Positions 11,055 through 22,055 of a stretch of DNA of 38,091 nt are shown piece by piece. Numbering within the stretch: the stretch's first letter is position 1; each line of letters starts with the position of its first letter. The notes under the pieces are model-generated. The model was not told the DNA's origin and made no database searches. It saw only the letters and a list, made by a program, of their open reading frames with translations. Source of the DNA: Macrostomum lignano. Its lineage: Eukaryota. The stretch lies in assembly GCA_002269645.1 (NCBI GenBank), contig NIVC01003674.1, forward strand, positions 1 to 38,091, read 5' to 3'. The position numbers were made by a program, and so were the translations under genes.

Positions 11055-11520
11055 TCTCTCCAACACAGACTCTTTCTGTCTTCAACACAGACTCTCTCTC
11101 TCTCCCTCTCTCTCTCTACCACTCTCTCTCTTCAACACAGACTCTCTCTCTCTCTCCCTCTCTCTCTACCACTCTCTCTCTTCAACACAGACTCTCTCTG
11201 TCTTCAACACAGACTCTCTCTCTCTCTCTCTCCCTCTCTCTCTCTACCTCTCTCTCTCTCTCTCTCTTCAACACAGACTCTCTCGGTCTTCAACACAGAC
11301 TCTCTCTCTCTCTCCCTCTCTCTCTCTACCTCTCTCTCTCTCTTCAACAAAGACTCTCTCTGTCTCCAACACAGACTCTCTCGGTCTTCAACACAGACTC
11401 TCTCTCTCTCTTCAACACAGACTCTCTCTCTCTCTTCAACACAGACTCTCTCTGTCTTCAACACAGACTCTCTCCGTCTTCAACACAGGCTCTCTCCGTC
11501 TTCAACACAGACTCTCTCGT
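10981..11520. repeat. (CT)n microsatellite grading into a compound TCTTCAACACAGAC(TC)n repeat
   Basis: Read directly; it explains ORFs 10973-11584, 10925-11122 and 11204-11464. Confidence 0.97.
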
Positions 11521-11842
11521 CAACACAGGAAACGTATTTCAACATGTGTCAACGACCGTAAAAATCAAAATGAGATTGGAATGAAAAACTCAAGCTAATT
11601 AACAGATATTTTCTGTATGCTTGGAACAATAAGTTGCTGGTAGAAACTAACGTACGGGAATGAGATTTAAATTGTTTAGCTGTATTTGCCTTTTAGTATC
11701 TTTTTAATAAAAACCAAAGATAACCCAATCGATATTGAATAACTGATCGACAACTGAGGATAATTTAGACAACAAACAGGGGATTGAATTTAGTTAGTTA
11801 TATAAGTTGTTGATCGGCTTCAAGCCACACTGATGCATTCGC

Positions 11843-12190
11843 TCAATCGTGCATCGGAAACGTGAACTGGAAGTTCTTGCAGATGCAATGGCAAACACTT
11901 CGCTTAGGCGGCCCGGCCATGGCGCAGGTCGGCACCCTGTAGCAGGAGAGCCGGCATACATTCTGCCAGTAGAGCTGCGTGTTAACTGCAAGGTGAGGCG
12001 AAATCAGATTTATTGAAAGCTACTGTATAACAAAATATCGAATCGGCAATGTCTTACTCCAGTTGATCGGCCAACGCTTTTTCATCGACAGCTGCGGCAC
12101 GTCGTTCTTGCCTTTGGCGCTGTCCGCACCAGTCAGCAGACAAGCCAGCATGGCCATGGCAGCCAGGCAATAGACAGTAGCAGCCTGCAT
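11843..12190 (-). CDS. Secreted cysteine-rich prepropeptide, 91 aa; exons 12190-12058 and 11985-11843
   Basis: Spliced product MQAATVYCLAAMAMLACLLTGADSAKGKNDVPQLSMKKR-WPINWINTQLYWQNVCRLSCYRVPTCAMAGPPKRSVCHCICKNFQFTFPMHD*. The 72-nt intron has donor gtaaga (12057) and acceptor ccttgcag (11986), phase 1. It has a hydrophobic signal peptide, a KKR site and 6 Cys, with TATA and CCAAT boxes upstream. Confidence 0.8.
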
Positions 12191-12279
12191 GATTGCGTTG
12201 CTAGAAATTTGGTCAGCGAGTTTTCTACAAAACTGACAAGTCTGGGGCTGAATAAAACTGTCCCCTGGCTTAAGATGTC

Positions 12280-12315
12280 TTTTATAGACGATGGTCGGGA
12301 TTTTCACCAGCCAAT
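12280..12315 (-). promoter_or_regulatory. TATA box (TATAAAA, 12286-12280) and CCAAT box (12311-12315) of the peptide gene
   Basis: Motifs seen directly, about 90 and 120 nt upstream of the ATG at 12190, with canonical spacing. Confidence 0.55.
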
Positions 12316-12636
12316 CAGAAATTGTCAATGAATTCATCAACGCTTGAAACGTTCAAAGGTTATAAGAGATTAAGGCAAGATGGGAGAAACTCTAAATAAA
12401 AAACCAAGAAATTTCGGGAAATCCTGAAGAACCTGAGTGATCGGGTGGGGTGTTTCATAGATGTTACAATTAGTGACCAGTGATAGTGACAAGCGATAAT
12501 TTATGAGGTTACAAGTGCTGCAGAGTTTCGTTTCACAGAATGATTTGCAAATCTAGCGACAAGGTACAAGCTCTCTGAGTAGTGACTCAAAATATGTCTA
12601 TGGCCAAATCAACGGGTGCCTCGCTCGAACCCCCCA

Positions 12637-13075
12637 TCTCGAAAGCTTGCTTAAGATCTATGGTAAGATCTGTCTTACGCAGTCGTCCCGTGTATAGCAT
12701 AAGATTAATCGAAGGGCGTTTCTGAAAGTCATCTTTGTCGCAGCTTTTGTGATTGACAGGTGCTTCTGAATTCCTTGCAGAAGTTGCTCCTTCTTAAGGG
12801 TGAAGAAATTCCGCACACGCTTGACCATTCTTAGTAAATCCGTGTGTAAAAATGTAACAAGTCCGTACCAAGGCGCAAGTTTACGATCTCACATAAAAAG
12901 AGCCAGAAACATACGAAGCTATAGTTTCGAGAAACAGCTTCCTCGCATAAGTTTACGCGGTCGTAGATTTGCGCCAAATCTTACGTACGGCCCAGTTGCG
13001 AGAACTTTGATCGCAACGCCTACGCATGACCGACCCAGCTTACGTCTATTGCCAGCGCGTAAGTTGCTTTCGAGA
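12637..13075. mobile_element. Possible degenerate MITE
   Basis: Only a 10-bp inverted match (TCTCGAAAGC at 12637 and its reverse complement at 13066) plus recurring cttacg/cgtaag motifs; no TSD. Confidence 0.3.
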
Positions 13076-14155
13076 AAGACCCCCAGGACCCTGAATATGC
13101 TCTGAAAAGTGCTCTATGAAACACTCTGTGAAGCACAACAAATCTCTGCACTCTGATCGGGGGTGCCATGCAGACTCCTCGCCTTTCACCAAAGCTCCGA
13201 CACTCTTGAATCAGTGTGATACCGATACCGGAATTTTCGGGAAATGAAAAACCTAATGATTATCACAGAGAAAGCGCGGCTTGCAAATTCCGGTTGACCC
13301 CCACTGAGCTCCTGGCTCTGGAAAACTTCAGAGAATGAGCTGAGACACGGCTTCAGTGTTCAGCGGTCACTGTACCAGTGGACTTCATAGTTTCAAGCTT
13401 CAACGTAGCTATACATAGATAGTCAATCCAATCTATTTATAACCATTTTTACCGAATCTTTTCTTCAATCTTCACGTCGATATCCTAGTCTTTTAGTCAG
13501 AAATAGTCGCAAGTCTGCACAAAAACACCTGTAACCAACTGCTTGATTCGTATTCCGTAGACAACGGTGCATATAACTATAGGCCCACGCATACATTTTT
13601 ATCTCAACAAAACACCTGCGAAATCCCTCCTTTACCAGCGAGCCCGCATCAATTTTTATCCAGAGAGAGAGTAATTACCGTGGGCGTCAATTTTCAGCAA
13701 TTTTCTGTTGCTTTATTTGCTTCCTCAGTGTCGGGATGTGGGTGACAGCCATTTTTTCACCTAAGCCGCCTCACAATAATGGCCACCCACGGCTTACAGT
13801 TTTTCGACGCTGAAATCAGTAGGAACAGCCTTTCTAGATTCTTAATTTCGTATGACAAGCTGCTGCTGCTGTAACTTGCTGTAAAAACTAGCACACAAAC
13901 CTTCCAGAAGCGCGCTGCAACTTAATTTTATAACCGAACTTTAATTATTCTGTCTTATACTGAATCTCAGCAACTTGCTGTCATATTGGACTTGCGGTAT
14001 CTTATCTACTGTATCATGACTGCAGCTCATATCCATACCGAACCAGTTGTGGGAGCGAATGTTCGTACATACGAGCATATAAGTACCCGAGATTTTGTAC
14101 AGCCAAAGGTATGTCTACATTCTGCAACCTGTCTCGCCGTTTGAAAAAGAAAAAA

Positions 14156-16071
14156 ATGGTGAATTTCTGCAACGCATTTCCGTTGCTTATAGCGCTGAGC
14201 TGGCATTGTCGTTCCTGTGCTCTGGGTCAGAAGCTTATCGTGGAAACGGATGACGCAATCTACCGTGGTCGGGTGCTGTCTCTAAACACCCAACAGCCTC
14301 AACAGCAAACTGTTGCCTTCCTGGGCATTCCATACGCTCAGCCGCCGATCAATGAGCTTCGATTCGCAGCCCCGTTGCCATGGAGACCATCAATTCCCGA
14401 AAGAAACTCGTCGGTCAAAGCCGAGCTAAACGCCACCAGAGCGGGACCGGCCTGCCTGCAGCGATCAGACCAGAGTGGCACCCCTAGCCGCATGTCTGAG
14501 GACTGCCTGTACCTGAATGTACACTCGCCTCCTGGAGTTCAAGGACGTCCTAAACCGGTGCTGGTCTGGCTGCACGGCGGGTTCTTTGAAACCGGTTCAG
14601 TCAGCGACCCGGACCAGACTGGCACCTGCTTCAGTTGGGATCTGGTAGCAACGTGCCAGAGCATGCTGCTAGTTGAGGCCGCCTACCGGCTGGGAGTGTT
14701 TGGCTTCCTAGCCGAGCCGGAGCCCGCCAACGGCAATGCCGGCCTGAAGGACCAGCAGATGGCGCTGGCCTGGGTTGCTAAAAACATCGTCCACTTTGGC
14801 GGTAACAATCGCTCAGTGACTCTGGCAGGCCTTGACGCTGGAGCTGCAGCCGTCGGATTTCACATGCTGAGTCCCGGCAGCAGGGACCACTTCCAGAGAG
14901 CCGTCTTCCTTGGCGGCAGCCCCCTTGCAGGCTGGGCTTTCGTTCGAGATCTTCAAGCGCTGCGCACGGCACACGAAGCCTTCTACAGTCTGACAGGCTG
15001 CACAGACCATGACGAGCTGCTGAATTGCTTGCGCGCTCTTCCAGCGGACGAATTGAACTCTCACCAATCAAAGTTTAATCAGGTATTTGATCGAGTCGAG
15101 TTTCCAGTGATTGTTGATAGCCAGTTTCTACAGTCGGATCCTGTCGAGGCTTTTGAGCGGGGCAATTTCGAGTCAAAAGCAGTCATCATTGGCGTAACCA
15201 GTTTGGAAGGAATTCAGCTAGCCTACAGAGCCCTCGGGGCGTTCAACGTCACGAACCAGTGGAATTTGACCGGCCAAGTTCACTTGGATTTGCTTGCTGA
15301 AGCCTTTCGCTACGTACCCCGTTTTCCAGAGGAGCCGGCGCCTCTGGCCAGCGAGTTTCTGCAGCTGACATTAACTTCCTATCCGGGCGAAAACTTGGGC
15401 GCTCGAAATTTCCGGCTGCTGACGAGCGCTCTATCGGAGCAGGCGGTGGTGTGCGACTCAAACCGGATGGCCGACCTTCTGCTCCAAGCTGCCAACGGGA
15501 GTTCGGACACATTTTTTTACCAACTCGACGAGCCTGATAGCAACACAGATGAGTACCTGGGCGCCGGGCATGGCAAAGACGCCGCCTACTTCACCGGCGA
15601 ACCACTGCGACGAGCTGACTATGATACAGAGCAGAAATAATTGTCTAATTCAATGATGGCCATACTGAAAACATTTCTAGACAGTGGGAACGTCACCGTG
15701 ACTGGTTGGAAGCCGACCAGTCAACAGGGACTGGAGTTTTACAGATTCAGAGCGGCAAGAAGCGCCGATTACCGCTCGGAGATGGTCAGTGGCGGATTTA
15801 AGCGACAGGACTGCCGCCTGTGGTCTGAAGTCATGCCTCGGCTGAGTGTTGCAACGCCGACTACTTCAGCTGAACCGGACGTTGACACCGAGGCAAAGTT
15901 CTGGGAGCGCTGCAACACAACGATAAACTTGGTGAGCGTCATTGTCAGGGCGTCGGCGGAGGTCTGATCCTGCTTCTGATCGTCTGCGTTGTCATTGTGG
16001 CCAGAGATCGTTACAGTAGTTCGCACGATTTCATTGAGCTTCATCAGCGTGTCAAACCATTGGGAAAATAG
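14156..16071 (+). CDS. Intronless cholinesterase-like (type-B carboxylesterase fold) single-pass membrane protein, predicted non-catalytic; as written it is interrupted by TAA at 15638-15640 and a frameshift near 15948
   Basis: Signal peptide MVNFCNAFPLLIALSWHCRSCALG. Family motifs FLGIPYAQPPINELRFAAP, SEDCLYLNV, VWLHGG, YRLGVFGFL, GNAGLKDQQMALAWVAKNIVHFGG. The nucleophile elbow is GLDAG instead of GESAG. Homology continues past the TAA (LSNSMMAILKTF). In the shifted frame from 15949 there is a TM helix GVGGGLILLLIVCVVIVA and a short tail ending at TAG 16069-16071. Confidence 0.85.
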
Positions 16072-16242
16072 CGACTAACAGTAGAATCGGACTATTGTTA
16101 CTGTTTTACTGCACCCGAAGGAGTAGCCATTGGCACGCTTAATTCAAGGTCGCTTTACCTGATAATTTCGTGCAACTTTATACAAAACTCCACCTTGTTG
16201 TTTTTTAGGTCCTGTACGACTTTCAGGTGTGTTTAGAATGCT

Positions 16243-16551
16243 GCAGCCTAGTGGTTAGAGCGTTGTACTCACGACCTAAAAAGGTCGAGGGTTTGATTCC
16301 CGATCCCACTAGGAACAATTTGTGTCCTTGAGCAAGACACAACTCTGCATTGCTTCAGTTCACCCAGCTGTAAACTGCTATAGCATTGGGTGCTAGCATT
16401 AGCTGAGGTAATTGAGGGTGTGTCTGGCGACCCCCCCCCAGCCCTTGGACTGAACAGCCGTACGCAGCCTTCAGATGCGCCGCGCAATAGCTGCGGCTGA
16501 GCTGATGAATGCACATCTGTCCAATGAGCCAGGTGTAATCAAATATTATTA
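16243..16551 (+). mobile_element. tRNA-derived SINE with CORE-like domain, copy 2
   Basis: A-box TGGTTAGAGCG (16252) and B-box GGTTTGATTC (16290). Shares gtgtccttgagcaagacac...gcattagctg.ggtaattgagggtgtgt.tggcgacccccc...ccttggactgaac with 7627-7908. Confidence 0.8.
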
Positions 16552-17337
16552 TTGGAATGTCGATACTACATGTGGTATATATTATACCTAGAAAAGCTCA
16601 ACTCGCTAATTTATTTTTACGTACTTTTTTGCCTAATTGCAGCGAGAATTTCACTCGTACGTGCCTAAATCAAGGACTTCTAGACTGAGGTAAACTAGTA
16701 GTGGTCCTTGGCCTGAACAGTTTGAAGTGGCCTTTTTAAGTTACTTCTGTCAAAATGCTGGATTGTAGCACTATTTTCACATATTTCGAATGTAAATAAC
16801 AGTCTTGAGAAATGGCGATGAATTCTGGAATCTTCGGGGCAATACTGTCCCCAAATTGTGAGCAACCGATAAGCAAGTAAGCCTTGCAGACTGTCCATTA
16901 TTTTCTGTGCAATTAAATGCAAATTTCGTTGGCCATTTACTCGACGGAACTGCAGCTGTTCGCTGCAAGTTATCAGCGTTTCGAGGCAATTTTGTAATTT
17001 GGTTCTTAGGCTGTTCAGGCTAGGCGCAGGTGTTTGCACTGCGATAATTGATCCAACAGACATTTTTATGAATTGTGAATACCTCGCTGTTCTGCCTAAC
17101 GCGCTTTGTCTTTTGTATTCTGTCTCTGTTTGTAAAAATAATTAATTGCGACTAAATCGCTGCTGATTGAGTCTTCTGTGCAGCAATTATTCTCTTTTTT
17201 TAGAAAAACATACTCGTAAATTGGAATATCCGAATGGTCTGAATTCTAACTTTGAAATCCTATGCGAGTCCCGAACTTTCGATTATACCTATGTATTTAA
17301 CCTATTTCTACAGATATCTTGCCATCGAAAATTTATG

Positions 17338-18752
17338 AGAGTCCCTTGTCTGAGAGTTCCGCATCTGAGTGTCCTGTGTCTCAGAGTCCCGTGTCTGATA
17401 GTCCCGTGTCTGAAATGACTTATGTCTGATAGTCCCGTGTCAGAAATGACTTATGTCTGATAGTCCCGTGAATGAAATGACTTATGTCTGATAGTCCCGT
17501 GAATGAAATGACTTATGTCTGAGAGTCCCGTGTCTGAAATGTCTTACATGTATGTCTGAGAGTCCCTTGTCTGAAATGTCTTACATGTATGTCTGATAGT
17601 ACCGTGTCTGAAATGTCTTACATGTATGTCTGATAGTACCGTGTCTGAAATGTCTTACATGTATGTCTGAGAGTCCCGTGTCTGAAATGTCTTACATGTA
17701 TGTCTGATAGTACCGTGTCTGAAATGTCTTACATGTATGTCTGAGAGTCCCGTGTCTGAAATGTCTTACATGTATGTCTGATAGTACCGTGTCTGAAATG
17801 TCTTACATGTATGTCTGATAGTACCGTGTCTGAAATGTCTTACATGTATGTCTGAGAGTCCCGTGTCTGAAATGTCTTACATGTATGTCTGATAGTACCG
17901 TGTCTGAAATGTCTTACATGTATGTCTGATAGTACCGTGTCTGAAATGTCTTACATGTATGTCTGATAGTACCGTGTCTGAAATGTCTTACATGTATGTC
18001 TGAGAGTCCCGTGTCTGAAATGTCTTACATGTATGTCTGATAGTACCGTGTCTGAAATGTCTTACATGTATGTCTGATAGTACCGTGTCTGAAATGTCTT
18101 ACATGTATGTCTGATAGTACCGTGTCTGAAATGTCTTACATGTATGTCTGATAGTACCGTGTCTGAAATGTCTTACATGTATGTCTGAGAGTCCGTGTCT
18201 GAAATGTCTTACATGTATGTCTGATAGTACCGTGTCTGAAATGTCTTACATGTATGTCTGAGAGTCCCGTGTCTGAAATGTCTTACATGTATGTCTGATA
18301 GTACCGTGTCTGAAATGTCTTACATGTATGTCTGAGAGTCCCGTGTCTGAAATGTCTTACATGTATGTCTGATAGTCCGTGTCTGAAATGTCTTACATGT
18401 ATGTCTGATAGTACCGTGTCTGAAATGTCTTACATGTATGTCTGATAGTACCGTGTCTGAAATGTCTTACATGTATGTCTGATAGTACCGTGTCTGAAAT
18501 GTCTTACATGTATGTCTGAGAGTCCCGTGTCTGAAATGTCTTACATGTATGTCTGATAGTACCGTGTCTGAAATGTCTTACATGTATGTCTGATAGTACC
18601 GTGTCTGAAATGTCTTACATGTATGTCTGAGAGTCCCGTGTCTGAAATGTCTTACATGTATGTCTGAGAGTCCCGTGTCTGAAATGTCTTACATGTATGT
18701 CTGATAGTCCGTGTCTGTGTCTGTATGTCTGAGAGTCAGGGTCCCGTGTCTG
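17338..18752. repeat. Minisatellite array, main unit 37 bp (TCTGAAATGTCTTACATGTATGTCTGATAGTACCGTG), about 32 copies, preceded by 31-bp and about 16-bp precursor units
   Basis: Read directly; two unit variants (gatagtacc and gagagtccc) are interspersed. Confidence 0.97.
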
Positions 18753-19921
18753 AGGGCAAAGACCCCAGAGTTGAACTTGTGGAACCCAAATTTAATAGCA
18801 ATCTCTTTTCTATTGTCAATTGAAATGGATTAGCCATACACTTTAAGCCTCAGGATCAATTTTACTGTCTAATGCACCTGGCTCAGCAGTTGAGCTGGGG
18901 CTCCCAACATGCGAAATTGACCCCCTCCTCTGACAGAAAGTTTAGATTGAATTTCAATAAACATATTACTGGATTTGACATATTGACAGTGAAATGCGCA
19001 ACAGATGGTCACGCAGGGGGGAAATTACGGTTAGTCTTTATTGTATTTCACGTTAGTAGTATTTATTGGTGCTCAAAAAATGTTTTATTTATTACTGTCT
19101 TCATCTGTCGTGACAAAATTATTTAGCCAGAAGAGGATACGAGCTATTTACTAGCAACCATGGTCCTCGTAAAACCGCTCTCTCGTTGGTAAACAGTTCA
19201 ACATAAAGCTGCGTAAAGTTCTATTATAGTGGTCCTTGGGTGTCCACCGGTCAGTGGTTCTGGACAGCCGAGGACAGGACAGACACCTCTTGCACCTGCA
19301 TGAGTGCCCGTGCTGTCAGATGACATCAGATTGTTGAGCACTAAGGCATCTCAGACCGAATTTTAGGTTGTATGGAAAGTCCCGTGGAAAGTGATAGCGA
19401 CCGTGTTTAAGTAATCAATAAAAACTATTCATTCGACTCTTTTATAAGCTACACTGTCACAACGAAGTAGTGTGAAATTTATGACTTGTCTATGAAAAAA
19501 ATCGTTATAATTTCTTAGGAGTTGCTTCTAACTATTGAACTTGAGGTAGTAAAAGGTAGTCTGATTTATGCAAATTTATGCAAGACAAATATTTTATGCA
19601 TTATCACATCTCTCTAATATTGCCAGTCAGCGTCTATGAAGCGTTACAGGGGAAGAACCGTTCACCCGTTAAATGCAGCCTGTCTTTTATAGAAAGGCTT
19701 AGAAATTTCTTGTTGTTAAAACAAGCTCACTGCTGCCGGCTTGATTTCGTTGATCCTAAATCCAGGAGGCGATTTGGTTTCTTCCATGTCAAATTTTTAG
19801 ACTCTGGACCTGGGTGAATCTCTATTCTGTAAGTCGTCAAGTTACCCGATTGTTCTAGCGCAGATGTTGCCCCCGTTGCGCGGTGTCGCATTTCCGATTC
19901 CACCCCCAGTTCTGAATCGTG

Positions 19922-19928
19922 TATAAAT
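19922..19928 (+). promoter_or_regulatory. TATA box upstream of the secreted protein gene at 20029
   Basis: TATAAAT about 100 nt upstream of the ATG. Confidence 0.5.
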
Positions 19929-20028
19929 GACAGCGCTTGTTGAACGTCTCCTGCAAGCTACTCACTAAACTACCACAGTTCAAGTTGGTATTGAAGAAAC
20001 CCCCAGCACTCCATATCGCTCCAAAGCC

Positions 20029-20448
20029 ATGTCCAAGCGTTGCTATCTGCTAGCTCTGGCCCTCTGCGCCCTCCTCGGCCTCGTCTCGGCCAGCGGCGAC
20101 GCCGAGTGCGCCAGCGAGCGCCGGACCAAGACGGCCAATCTGGGCGGCAAGGTGATCAGTCAGAGTCTTGTCCGCATGCGGGTCGGCACCGGCCAGTGCC
20201 TGTGGGTCCGGGAGGGCAGCACGCCGAACAGGTACCGATCCGAGAGCTGCATGAACTGCCGCGTGTACGGCAGCAACCAGGTGTACTGCACCGGCGCTCC
20301 CTCCGTGGCCGTTCCACCGCCATGCGTTGTGGCACTGGGACCCGACTGCTCCTGGCACACCGTGGACCCGACTGACAAGACCAAAGCCTGCGACCCGGCC
20401 GCTCTGATGAAGAAAAGGCTGGCTGCAGGACCTCCGCCTCTGCCATGA
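20029..20448 (+). CDS. Secreted beta-microseminoprotein (PSP94/MSMB)-like protein, 139 aa, single exon
   Basis: Clear signal peptide (MSKRCYLLALALCALLGLVSA), GC3-rich codon usage and 8 Cys in the mature part. SESCMNC...VYC...PPPCVVALGPDCSWHTVDPTDKTKAC parallels the PSP94 spacing (CxxC...C...C...C.Y.VV...DP...C). The CDS is confident; the family assignment is by eye. Confidence 0.8.
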   Translation: MSKRCYLLALALCALLGLVSASGDAECASERRTKTANLGGKVISQSLVRMRVGTGQCLWVREGSTPNRYRSESCMNCRVYGSNQVYCTGAPSVAVPPPCVVALGPDCSWHTVDPTDKTKACDPAALMKKRLAAGPPPLP

Positions 20449-20644
20449 ATATTTTACTCTGTTGAACCTATTTAACGGATTAACTGGTTGATTGGCTGAA
20501 AAGAAATGTGCTAAATACAACAAATATATACTGTGAACCATGAACATCGGATCAGCTTGTTGGTGTAGAAAAATGATTAAAATTAATTTAGGTCTCGAGC
20601 AATAGTGTTAACAAATTCTTCAGAACTGTGAGCAACTCTGGCAC

Positions 20645-21140
20645 ACCGGCAGGACAGGGGGGACATGCCAATGCCTTGCTCCCCCTCACCCAACCGCATG
20701 ACCGGTTATGAAAAATCAATAATTTTGCTTGAGGGCGACAAAATAAGTGCCTAAATGAGTGCCTGCGGCGCTAAAATGAGTGCCTGCGGCGCTAAAATGA
20801 GTGCCTGCGGCGCTAAAATGAGTGCCTGCGGCGCTAAAATGAGTGCCTGCGGCGCTAAAATGAGTGACTGTGGCGCTAAAATGAGTGCCTGCAGCGCTAA
20901 AATGAGTGCCTGCAGCGCTAAAATGAGTGCCTGCGGCGCCAAAAGGAGTGCCTGCAGCGCTAAAAGGAGTGCCTGTAGCGCTAAAATTTGTGCCTGTAGC
21001 TCTAAAAAGAGTGCGGCGCCAAAATGAGTGCCTGCGGCGCCAAGTGAGCGCTGGCAACACCGATTTTGAAAATAGTGTACATGTACATGTAGAATTCTTG
21101 GCTTTGTCCCCCCACCATAAAATCCATGCCGACGCCCCTG
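20645..21140 (-). mobile_element. Non-autonomous hAT-like element with internal 21-bp minisatellite, copy A
   Basis: The reverse complement of 21085-21140 (caggggcgtcggcatggattttatggtggggggacaaagcc) matches the start of 26887-27901. Internal (GTGCCTGCGGCGCTAAAATGA)n at about 20754-21045. The left terminus is degenerate. Confidence 0.75.
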
Positions 21141-22055
21141 TTTGAGTGGTCTATTGATTGGTGCAAAATGACAGTTTCTAATCTTTGAACTTCATAGCAG
21201 CAAAAATCTGAATTCTGATGCTCTAGCAGACTACTAGTAGTAGACTAGTGTAATTTGTTACGGAATGAAAAATTAACCAGAAATAATCTCCAAGAAGCTC
21301 ATTACCCTCTGTAAGACACAATTATTAACTTAAAATTGTGATAAATTTAAGGTTTAGGATCGGTTGAGAATTACAATTACATCACGATTACGGGGCTAGC
21401 TTTGGTTCGTATCTATGCATGTATTACTTGAGTACACCTGTCTCATTTCATGCTCATATTTCGATATTTCTAGTCAAAAAAGTTTACCCATGGTCTGCTG
21501 CAATGAAAAATGCCCATCTACATCTACTTGGACAAATGAGCATATCACGGGGCTGCTCCTGCCCTGGGAAACTACCTAGCTAGGGAAAAACTCGTAGCAG
21601 AAGAATAATCATGTGACTTCTAGGAGCAGAAATCTTTGTTATTAACAAGAAGATACGCGCTGAAGAAAACTGCTGCTCAAAAAAGACGAACGGGCAGCTC
21701 TAACCCCGCCCCTTTCGAGTCCCGTCCATCTCCCTCGCCATTGAAGACGTGATCGAGAACTCATGCTCACAAGTTCGAGAGATTGTCCTCCCTGATTGGG
21801 AAGAGAAATTTAGCAGTTCACAGGGAGTCTGCGTGATCGGGGGCTGGTCAACAGAGCTGGGTGATAGGATGAGAAGCTTTCATCCGCCGAAGACAGTAGT
21901 TTGATAACCTTTCGATACACCCGACATCTGTAAAGGAAAGAAAACTGTGCCATTGGCTCACCATATCAAGCTAAAAAGGTTCTCATAGCTAACGGGAATC
22001 TGCAACTACGAACTTCCATCTCGTACCTTCAATTTACAAAATTCATCACGCAACT

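Noticed and set aside
10973-11584. SL/ER-rich ORFs
   Set aside because: (CT)n microsatellite translations.
14016-14191. Alternative first exon and 84-nt intron (aag|gtatgt ... ttatag) for the esterase-like gene
   Set aside because: The join is out of frame (CGC TGA) and would remove the signal peptide; the ATG at 14156 is simpler.
15638-15640. TAA as evidence of a variant nuclear genetic code
   Set aside because: Other genes here end normally at TAA, TAG or TGA (e.g. TAA at 22695-22697), and no other exon contains an internal TAA.
16695-17063. 122-aa minus-strand ORF
   Set aside because: No recognisable motif, splice context or codon bias.
20040-20547. Overlapping alternative-frame and antisense ORFs over the secreted protein (similarly over the caspase and esterase genes)
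   Set aside because: Shadow ORFs expected from GC3-rich coding sequence.
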